Shown here in pieces: positions 25,382-32,000 of a DNA stretch of 32,000 nucleotides (its first letter is position 1; each line of letters begins with the position of its first letter). The DNA is taken from the NCBI RefSeq assembly GCF_000009045.1, contig NC_000964.3:2730001-2762000 (forward strand). Direction: 5' to 3'. Both the position numbers and the translations under genes were made by a program. The stretch comes from Bacillus subtilis subsp. subtilis str. 168 (GTDB lineage: Bacteria > Bacillota > Bacilli > Bacillales > Bacillaceae). The notes below the pieces were generated by a model. That model did no database searches. It saw only the letters and a list, made by a program, of their open reading frames with translations, and was not told the origin of the DNA.

Positions 25382-25813
25382 CTACCTTCTTTGCTCCACT
25401 GATCCGTGAAGACTTTCCGTTTTAGGCCTGCTTTTGAGCTTTGCCTCATTTTCACGCAATTTCCCATCATAATCTTTAATTTTTGTGTCTAATCTCTTAA
25501 TTGTTTCATCAATTTCTTTCCGCTTCTCTATCAGCCGCTGTCGTTCGTCAGCCAGGATATTTTTTCGAGCTTCTACCGTACGGTCACCTTCGGTAAATAA
25601 TGTTGTATATTCAATTAGCGCTTCTATCGATAGTCCCGCATTTCGCATGCATTTAATGAATTCAATCCATTTGATATCTTCTTCATCATAGTCGCGAATG
25701 CCGCTGTCTTTTCGTTTTACAGGCGGGATTAATCCTACACGTTCGTAATATCGGAGTGTTGCGGCTGTCAGGCCAAACTGCTTTGCCACCTGAGCAATAT
25801 TCATGATCTTCAC
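25382..25813 (-). CDS. adhR: MerR-family (NmlR-like) aldehyde-responsive regulator (143 aa)
   Basis: MerR HTH (MNIAQVAKQFGLTAATLRYYERVGLIPP), a conserved Cys in FIKCMRNAGLS and a coiled-coil dimerisation helix. Confidence 0.9.
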   Translation of the reverse strand: MKIMNIAQVAKQFGLTAATLRYYERVGLIPPVKRKDSGIRDYDEEDIKWIEFIKCMRNAGLSIEALIEYTTLFTEGDRTVEARKNILADERQRLIEKRKEIDETIKRLDTKIKDYDGKLRENEAKLKSRPKTESLHGSVEQRR

Positions 25814-25843
25814 CTCTCTATCCTGTATGTTGTGAAGGTAACA

Positions 25844-25861
25844 CTTAAAGTTAACTTTAAG
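25844..25861 (-). promoter_or_regulatory. AdhR-type operator within the adhR promoter
   Basis: Perfect palindrome CTTAAAG-TTAA-CTTTAAG, embedded on the minus strand between TTGACT and TACCTT with a 19-nt (MerR-type) spacer. Confidence 0.6.
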
Positions 25862-25914
25862 TCAAGCTCAAAACAAGTGGTTAGCTGCTGAATCTGGGTT
25901 TATATATTCGGGAC

Positions 25915-25945
25915 TTGCCTTAAAGCACACTTTAAACTCTATACT
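25915..25945 (+). promoter_or_regulatory. MerR-type promoter plus AdhR operator of yraC
   Basis: TTGCCT, a 19-nt spacer containing CTTAAAG-CACA-CTTTAAA, then TATACT. Confidence 0.7.
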
Positions 25946-25986
25946 TCTCCATGCACTAAAAACAGTGTAGTTGGAGGGATTGCTGA

Positions 25987-26181
25987 ATGGCAAATAAACA
26001 CACTGCCGGAAGAGAACAATTAGGAGAATTTGCGCCAAAGTTTGCTGAACTTCATGATGATGTTCTATTCGGTGACATTTGGGCAAGAGAAGAAGAACTT
26101 TCATCCCGGGATCGCAGCATGATTACAGTTTCTGCATTAATTACTGACTGTTTCTCAGCTTATAAATCAGGTTCATTTTAA
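25987..26181 (+). CDS. yraC: Truncated carboxymuconolactone decarboxylase (CMD/AhpD-like) family protein, 64 aa
   Basis: GEFAPKFAELHDDVLFGDIWAREEELSSRDRSMITVSALI matches the N-terminal half of CMD-domain proteins. The frame ends shortly after, where the conserved second half should begin. GGAGGG RBS. Confidence 0.65.
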   Translation: MANKHTAGREQLGEFAPKFAELHDDVLFGDIWAREEELSSRDRSMITVSALITDCFSAYKSGSF

Positions 26182-26201
26182 ATGGTTTTTTTAAAAAACC
26201 C

Positions 26202-26232
26202 TTGCCTTAAAGCAGACTTTAAGGTTTATCGT
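26202..26232 (+). promoter_or_regulatory. MerR-type promoter plus AdhR operator of adhA-yraA
   Basis: TTGCCT, a 19-nt spacer containing the perfect palindrome CTTAAAG-CAGA-CTTTAAG, then TATCGT. Confidence 0.7.
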
Positions 26233-26311
26233 TATGTTGAAGACACCATAAAACATAAATAAGTGCATGTTTTTATTTACAACACTTATGATGAAGAAAG
26301 GATAGGTTCGT

Positions 26312-27361
26312 ATGTGTAATCAACATCAAACCCGTGTATTAAGCGTGTCACATGCAAAAGCCAAATTTGAACAAACGACGATTGAGCGAAGAGGATTACG
26401 GCCGCACGATGTCTTAATCGATATTAAATTCAGCGGCATTTGCCATTCAGACATTCATAGCGCTTTTGATGAATGGGGCGGTGGCATCTTCCCAATGGTG
26501 CCTGGACATGAAATAGCCGGTGTTGTAACAGCCGTTGGAACAAAAGTCACCAAGTTGGCTGTCGGGGACCGCGTTGGTGTCGGCTGTTTTGTTGACTCTT
26601 GCGGAGAATGCGAATACTGTCTCAACGCAGAGGAACAATTCTGCACGAAGGGTGTTGTTCAAACGTATAACTCAGTAGACTACGACGGAAACCCCACTTA
26701 TGGCGGGTACAGCCAAAAAATCGTTGTCACTGACAGATTTGTTGTTCGCATACCAGATCGTTTGGAAATGGATGTTGCCAGTCCGCTGTTGTGTGCAGGT
26801 ATCACAACGTATTCCCCGCTGAAACACTGGAATGTTGGCCCTGGTAAAAAGGTTGCGATTGTAGGCGTAGGTGGCCTTGGACATTTGGCAATTCAATTTG
26901 CACATGCGATGGGTGCAGAAGTAACCGTCCTGAGCCGTTCCATGAATAAGAAAGAGGAAGCTCTGGAACTCGGTGCAAATCATTACTTTGCAACAAGTGA
27001 CCCAGCCACATTCACTGCATTGGCCGGGCGTTTTGACGTGATCTTAAATACGGTATCGGCAAATCTCGATGTAGATGCCTATTTATCAATGCTTCGTATA
27101 GACGGGACACTTGTAAGCGTTGGAGCTCCTGCCAAGCCGGACACATACAGTGTGTTTTCCCTAATCATGGGGCGCCGCAGCATTGCAGGTTCTCTAGTCG
27201 GCGGAATTCAAGAAACTCAAGAGATGCTGGATTTCGCAGCTGAGCATGGCATCGAACCTAAAATCGAAGTCATCGGAGCTGACCAAGTGGACGAGGCATA
27301 CGAACGTATCCTCCGAAGCGATGTCCGTTATCGATTTGTGATTGATATTTCCACATTGTAA
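26312..27361 (+). CDS. adhA: NADP-dependent Zn alcohol dehydrogenase (cinnamyl-ADH subfamily), 349 aa
   Basis: [14 protein letters not shown], structural Zn site CGECEYC and Rossmann motif GVGGLGH. Confidence 0.9.
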   Translation: MCNQHQTRVLSVSHAKAKFEQTTIERRGLRPHDVLIDIKFSGICHSDIHSAFDEWGGGIFPMVPGHEIAGVVTAVGTKVTKLAVGDRVGVGCFVDSCGECEYCLNAEEQFCTKGVVQTYNSVDYDGNPTYGGYSQKIVVTDRFVVRIPDRLEMDVASPLLCAGITTYSPLKHWNVGPGKKVAIVGVGGLGHLAIQFAHAMGAEVTVLSRSMNKKEEALELGANHYFATSDPATFTALAGRFDVILNTVSANLDVDAYLSMLRIDGTLVSVGAPAKPDTYSVFSLIMGRRSIAGSLVGGIQETQEMLDFAAEHGIEPKIEVIGADQVDEAYERILRSDVRYRFVIDISTL

Positions 27362-27491
27362 TAGGTTAGTCCTTATATGGGCTGCCGCTTTTATTGAAAC
27401 TCACGAAAAATGATCTCTTTAAGCAAATATTTTGAAGGCCGGTCAATCTTCCTGTTATTCTATGAATAGAGAGTTATTAGGAGGGTTTTTT

Positions 27492-28001
27492 ATGAGCAAA
27501 AAAATTGCAGTTCTTGTTACAGACCAATTCGAAGACATCGAATATACAAGTCCGGTAAAAGCATACGAAGAAGCTGGCTACAGTGTTGTGGCTATCGATT
27601 TGGAAGCCGGCAAAGAAGTTACCGGTAAGCATGGCGAGAAAGTAAAGATTGACAAAGCCATCTCTGATGTGGATGCAAGTGACTTTGATGCACTTTTAAT
27701 TCCTGGGGGATTCTCTCCGGATTTGCTTCGTGCAGATGACCGTCCGGGTGAATTCGCAAAAGCATTTGTCGAAAACAAAAAACCTGTTTTCGCAATTTGC
27801 CACGGCCCGCAAGTACTGATTGATACGGATCTTCTAAAAGGCAAAGATATCACAGGCTACCGCAGCATCCGCAAAGATTTAATCAATGCCGGTGCAAACT
27901 ACAAAGATGCAGAAGTAGTCGTCAGCCACAACATTGTCACAAGCAGAACACCTGATGATTTGGAAGCATTTAACCGCGAATCTTTAAACTTGTTAAAATA
28001 A
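27492..28001 (+). CDS. yraA: DJ-1/PfpI-family protein (general stress cysteine peptidase/deglycase-like), 169 aa
   Basis: Nucleophile elbow AICHGP and PfpI-type layout. GGAGGG RBS lies before the ATG at 27492. The track start at 27432 has no RBS. Confidence 0.9.
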   Translation: MSKKIAVLVTDQFEDIEYTSPVKAYEEAGYSVVAIDLEAGKEVTGKHGEKVKIDKAISDVDASDFDALLIPGGFSPDLLRADDRPGEFAKAFVENKKPVFAICHGPQVLIDTDLLKGKDITGYRSIRKDLINAGANYKDAEVVVSHNIVTSRTPDDLEAFNRESLNLLK

Positions 28002-28003
28002 CA

Positions 28004-28040
28004 AGAAGGCACAGACTGTTCGGGTCTGTGCCTTTTTTAA
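28004..28040. terminator. Bidirectional terminator between yraA and sacC
   Basis: AAGGCACAGAC / GTCTGTGCCTT stem with a 7-nt loop and T6 on the plus side. Confidence 0.8.
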
Positions 28041-28042
28041 AA

Positions 28043-30076
28043 TTAAGACTCCTTCGTTACATTCTGAAAGACAGCAGTCGCGTCCCACACATTCAAGCCA
28101 AATTGGCCTTCTGAAAATACGGAATCATGTGCATCAATCACAAGACGATCATCTAAATAGATTTTAAAGCGATCGCCCTCGGCCTCTGTTTTCAGATGAT
28201 ACTTTTTATTAACGTCTATCGGTGTTTTGTATTCAGCAATGACAGAAGCAGCACCGTTCTCAAATTTAAAGAATTTCACTAGGTCATGCTTCGCATCCAC
28301 ATTGGCAAGGTAACCGTTTTTGGCATCTTTGTCAGAGCGAAACATTAGTGCTCCTGCCCCTCTTCCGTTTCCATCCTTAATGGTGATATCAGATTCATAA
28401 GTGAAGTCTGACCCGGATGCTGAAGACAAGATAAAGGAATCGCCGTCCGACCTCCCTTGTTTCCCCTCAATTGTGTCTGCCCACGTGCCATTTACAGTCG
28501 TCCAGCCAGTCATATTGGACATAAAAGGTGTCGTTCCCCATACCTTTTTTAAAGGGTGTATCGTTAAAGATTTTACCTTTACACCGCCATTTGCAGCATA
28601 TAATTCAAGCCCTTTGCTTGATCGGTCTGGGAGAATAATATCCGTTATGACCTGCTTTCCGTCATTCCCAAATACTTCAACCGAGGAGCGGTCAACAAAA
28701 ATGCGCAACTTAACCTTCCCATTTACCGGCTTCAACGGGGCTGTTTCTTTTCCGGTGTTAAAGGCCGGATTAAAGGTGTCGTTGCCTGACTCGCTCCGGT
28801 CAACGAACAATTTGGCGTTCCTTCGGTCATAGCCGACCTTCGTAAATTGATTTTCACCTGTTCGGACCTTAAAACCAAATTCAGCAGCTGAACCAGGGCT
28901 TACTTTAAATTCTGCATTTATTTCATAGGCATCTCCAGATTGCCCCGCTAACACATTATGACTTGCAGGCGATATGGTCAGATTCTTCCACTTCTTAGAG
29001 GTTCCGCGAATGGTTTCCAGCTCTTTCACCGGTGTTTGGACCACTCTAACCCCTTCGGTAAACGCTTTCAATTTTAACTCTCTTGGAATGGACGTTGCAC
29101 TTCTCCATGGGGATGTCGGAACATCATTCGCATATTGCCAATTGCTCATCCACCCTAACCATAGCCGGCGGCTGTCTGTGGATGGAATATCAGACCAGGA
29201 TACAGCCGCATAAAAGTCTCTGCCGTAATCCGTCCAGAGAACTTTGTTTGGCGGGTTTTCATTTTTAAAATGAGTTCCATCAAAGTCCCCTACAAAATAT
29301 TGCATGCCTGATCCTCCCGAGACCGCTCCGTTTCCGACACTGACCTGCATGACCCATTTCTTTTGATTCGGATTGCCGTCTACCGGAAGCTCAAATAAAT
29401 CCGGGCATTCCCATACTCCCCCGTGGCTTCCTTGATCCTGTCCAAATTCACTTGCATACGTCCACTGCTTCAGATTTTTTGATGTATAAATGAGGATTCG
29501 GTCACCGGCCGCAAGCACCATCACCCACTTTTTTTCTTTCTCATACCAAAAGACTTTTGGATCGCGAAAATCTTTTTTACCCGGGTTTGGAATGACAGGG
29601 TTGCCAGCGTACTTCGTCCATGTTCTTCCTTTGTCGTTGCTATAGGCAATACTTTGCACTTGATGGCCTTCCCGATCCTGTGTATAAATGGCCACAAGCG
29701 GCTTCTCTTTGCCTGTTTGAAAACCGCTTGTGTTATTTTTATCTACAACTGCGCTTCCAGAAAAGATCGTGCCTTTTTCATCCGGATACAGCGCAACAGG
29801 AAGGTGTTCCCATGTAACCAAATCTTTGCTGACGGCATGCCCCCAATGCATGGGCCCCCACTGAAGCCCGTATGGATGGTATTGATAGAACAAGTGATAT
29901 TCCCCAGCATAATATACCATTCCGTTTGGGTCATTCATCCAGTTTGCCTCCGGTGTGAAGTGATATTGAGGACGGTAATCCTCATCATAGTAGCTTGAAT
30001 CGGCTGCATCTGCCGAAAATGCCATAGTCAACAGCAGGGTGAACATGATCATGACTTGAATCAGTCTCTTTTTCAT
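28043..30076 (-). CDS. sacC: Levanase (exo-fructosidase, GH32 plus a C-terminal carbohydrate-binding domain), 677 aa
   Basis: GH32 motifs WMNDPNG, RDP and ECP, with signal peptide ..AFSADA. Start chosen at MKKRLIQVMIMF (30076) after a purine-rich RBS. Confidence 0.9.
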   Translation of the reverse strand: MKKRLIQVMIMFTLLLTMAFSADAADSSYYDEDYRPQYHFTPEANWMNDPNGMVYYAGEYHLFYQYHPYGLQWGPMHWGHAVSKDLVTWEHLPVALYPDEKGTIFSGSAVVDKNNTSGFQTGKEKPLVAIYTQDREGHQVQSIAYSNDKGRTWTKYAGNPVIPNPGKKDFRDPKVFWYEKEKKWVMVLAAGDRILIYTSKNLKQWTYASEFGQDQGSHGGVWECPDLFELPVDGNPNQKKWVMQVSVGNGAVSGGSGMQYFVGDFDGTHFKNENPPNKVLWTDYGRDFYAAVSWSDIPSTDSRRLWLGWMSNWQYANDVPTSPWRSATSIPRELKLKAFTEGVRVVQTPVKELETIRGTSKKWKNLTISPASHNVLAGQSGDAYEINAEFKVSPGSAAEFGFKVRTGENQFTKVGYDRRNAKLFVDRSESGNDTFNPAFNTGKETAPLKPVNGKVKLRIFVDRSSVEVFGNDGKQVITDIILPDRSSKGLELYAANGGVKVKSLTIHPLKKVWGTTPFMSNMTGWTTVNGTWADTIEGKQGRSDGDSFILSSASGSDFTYESDITIKDGNGRGAGALMFRSDKDAKNGYLANVDAKHDLVKFFKFENGAASVIAEYKTPIDVNKKYHLKTEAEGDRFKIYLDDRLVIDAHDSVFSEGQFGLNVWDATAVFQNVTKES

Positions 30077-30232
30077 TTGTTCCTTCGCTCCTCTCTTCAT
30101 GTTTGAACACTTTCAAAAGAGACTGCTGCGCAAGCTGGTCCGTTTCTGGCAATTCTCCTCTGTTTCACTGTTATCCGAATGATTTATATATGAAAAGACT
30201 GCTGCAGTTTCTCTCTCTTTCCTTCACACACC

Positions 30233-31060
30233 TTATGCTAAGAATCCAGCCCAATACCCGAGAATCCCGATGACAAAGATGCCGCAAATAATGAGAAGTG
30301 GATTCACCCCTTTGCGAAGCATCCATGCCACCAATAACGTTAATCCGAGAGGCAGCGCCCCCGGCATAATGCTATCTAGCACGTTTTGTACCGTTTGAAC
30401 ATCTACTTTTCCGCTTTCATCCTTAATCCTGGATACAACGATTGGAATGTTGATGGTGGTCCATTTGGACACGAGAGCCCCCATAACAAATAACCCGAGA
30501 ATCGAAGCGCCCTCTGTAAGCTTTTGAATGCGATTCCCCGCTAAATCCTGAAGAATCTCCATTCCTTTCACATAGCCATACTTTAATCCGTAATATTTTG
30601 TGCTTAATCTTATGGCATTCAGCAAGAAAAAGAATAGCAAAGGACCGGCAATGTTTCCTCCTAAAGCAAGGGAGGCTCCTAGCGCAGCTAAGACAGGACG
30701 AATCGTTCCCCAAAAAATTGGATCGCCTACGCCCGCTATTGGTCCCATCAAACCGATTTTCATTCCGCTTATCGCTTTTCCGTCAATTCCTTTATTGTTC
30801 GCCATTTCTTCTTCCATGGCTGCCGTCACGCCAAATATAGGCGCTGTCAGCCACGGATGTGTATTAAACCATTCCAAATGCCGCTGTAAGGCTTCGTTTC
30901 TTTTCGCTCCGGGACCGTACAATTTTTTGATCGCCGGTATCATGACATAACAATATCCCATTGCCTGCACACGTTCGAAGTTAAAGGAACCGAGTAAAAA
31001 ATTTGAACGAATAAACATGCTGAAAATTTCTTTCTTCGTTAATCGTTTTTCTTTCTCCAT
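30233..31060 (-). CDS. levG: PTS mannose/fructose-family EIID component (275 aa)
   Basis: EIID signature region (FNFERVQAMGYCYVMIP...HLEWFNTHPW). Confidence 0.9.
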   Translation of the reverse strand: MEKEKRLTKKEIFSMFIRSNFLLGSFNFERVQAMGYCYVMIPAIKKLYGPGAKRNEALQRHLEWFNTHPWLTAPIFGVTAAMEEEMANNKGIDGKAISGMKIGLMGPIAGVGDPIFWGTIRPVLAALGASLALGGNIAGPLLFFFLLNAIRLSTKYYGLKYGYVKGMEILQDLAGNRIQKLTEGASILGLFVMGALVSKWTTINIPIVVSRIKDESGKVDVQTVQNVLDSIMPGALPLGLTLLVAWMLRKGVNPLLIICGIFVIGILGYWAGFLA

Positions 31061-31080
31061 TTTTTCTTCCCCCTCATCGT

Positions 31081-31890
31081 TTAGGCATCAAGATCATCAT
31101 CATCGTCATCATAAACAGCAACACTGCCACTGTCTGATGCGGCCGCGACTGCTCCGTGAGCGCTTTGTTTTTGCATCACCTGCTGGTATAAAAGCGCCAG
31201 ACAGAGACCAAGGGCTCCAAATCCCACTAAGTTAAAATCGGTAAACGCCGCTAATAAGAAACCAATATAGAAAAATGGCTTTAAATAAGGAATATTCATC
31301 ATATTGATCACCATGGCATACCCGACAACCACAATAATGCCTCCGCCTATTTGCAGTCCTTTTGTAATGACATCAGGAATATTTCCCAGGAACGCCTGAA
31401 CAGCGCTGACACTAATTAAAGCAACAATCAATGTAGGAATCATGACGCGCAAAGCTTGAAACACCATCGCGGTAATATGCATAATTTCAATTCCTTTTAT
31501 ATTTCCCGCTTTTGCATATTGATCAGCGCGGTGGATGAAAAAGACAGTGATCGTCCGAACAAAAATCGTCAGCGCCTGACCCGCAGCTGCTAAAGCAACA
31601 GCGACAGCAATCCCTTCGCCAATTCCTTGATCAGCGGTAATAACTAAAATGGTTGAGATGACAGAGGCGATCGCTGTATCAGGTGCCATGGCAAGCCCGA
31701 CGTTCATCCAGCCGAGCGCCATCAGCTCCAGTGTGCCTCCAAGAATAATTCCCGTTTTTAAGTCCCCGAGCACCAAGCCAACCAACGTACAGGCCACTAG
31801 CGGCCGGTGTGTCTGCCCTTCATCCAATACACTTGCGATTCCGGTGATTGCTGCAATGATTAACAACAAAATAATTTGTAATGAAGACAT
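31081..31890 (-). CDS. levF: PTS mannose/fructose-family EIIC component (269 aa)
   Basis: Polytopic EIIC-Man type sequence (GGTLELMALGWMNVG). The acidic C-terminal tail is YDDDDDDLDA. Confidence 0.9.
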   Translation of the reverse strand: MSSLQIILLLIIAAITGIASVLDEGQTHRPLVACTLVGLVLGDLKTGIILGGTLELMALGWMNVGLAMAPDTAIASVISTILVITADQGIGEGIAVAVALAAAGQALTIFVRTITVFFIHRADQYAKAGNIKGIEIMHITAMVFQALRVMIPTLIVALISVSAVQAFLGNIPDVITKGLQIGGGIIVVVGYAMVINMMNIPYLKPFFYIGFLLAAFTDFNLVGFGALGLCLALLYQQVMQKQSAHGAVAAASDSGSVAVYDDDDDDLDA

Positions 31891-31906
31891 ATTCTCATCC
31901 CCTTGA

Positions 31907-32000
31907 TTATTTTGTTACGTTCCGTAAAATCTGTACAAAATCCTCACTGGCATCTGAAGGCAGCTGCCTCAATTCCAGTTTCACGCCCTTGTCACTTAAT
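31907..32000 (-). CDS. levE: PTS mannose/fructose-family EIIB component, C-terminal 30 aa only
   Basis: Minus-strand frame ..LSDKGVKLELRQLPSDASEDFVQILRNVTK* ends at 31907-31909, 16 nt upstream of the levF ATG. The gene continues beyond the window. Confidence 0.7.
   Translation of the reverse strand, partial: LSDKGVKLELRQLPSDASEDFVQILRNVTK

Noticed and set aside
28401-29998. Several 60-143-aa plus-strand ORFs inside sacC
   Set aside because: They are antisense to a full-length GH32 levanase gene and are typical shadow ORFs.
30115-30205. Direct repeat AAAAG(AG)ACTGCTGC in the levG-sacC spacer, plus palindrome TTTGAA-N4-TTCAAA at 30102-30117
   Set aside because: The repeats are short (13 nt with an indel) and could arise by chance. 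No known regulatory motif came to mind.
30423-31235. ORFs overlapping levG and levF in other frames
   Set aside because: They lie within well-supported PTS EIID/EIIC genes and have no independent signals.
1-32000. Searched by eye for CRISPR arrays, IS/transposase or integrase genes, prophage genes, tRNA/rRNA and riboswitch-like leaders
   Set aside because: No regularly spaced repeats, transposase or recombinase motifs, tRNA cloverleaf candidates or conserved riboswitch cores were seen. The absence is based on manual reading only and should be confirmed with tRNAscan, Rfam and ISfinder-type tools.

Overview
This window looks like the Bacillus subtilis 168-type chromosomal segment azlB-yrdF-cypA-yrdCBA-aadK-yrpBCD-zinT-sigZ-yrpG-yraONM-csn-yraLKJIH-yraGF-adhB-yraED-adhR-yraC-adhA-yraA-sacC-levGFE. 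I identified it from memory of the translated ORFs and gene order; no database search was run. It is mostly single genes and short operons for detoxification and stress functions: a P450, isochorismatase-like hydrolase, DinB, aminoglycoside 6-adenylyltransferase, nitronate monooxygenase, aldo-keto reductase, VOC/glyoxalase, two Zn-ADHs and a DJ-1/PfpI protein. It also holds a Zur-regulated ZinT lipoprotein, the orphan ECF sigma SigZ, a chitosanase and the distal end of the levanase PTS operon. I found no rRNA, tRNA, CRISPR array, IS element or prophage gene. No clearly novel system stands out. The best candidates for follow-up are: (i) a LysR + CitMHS transporter + PrpF-family isomerase module (yraN/yraO/yraM) that looks like a tricarboxylate (aconitate-type) assimilation unit; (ii) a five-cistron operon where two paralogous split CotF-like gene pairs bracket a Zn-ADH; (iii) a 25-aa tiny-TM peptide gene below the ORF-track cutoff, sitting in an ORF-poor 1.1-kb gap; (iv) tandem secreted SH3b-like paralogs; (v) several decayed genes (GNAT, TetR, truncated CMD/yraC) and an orphan barstar-like gene. 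Several ORF-track starts were revised using RBS position.
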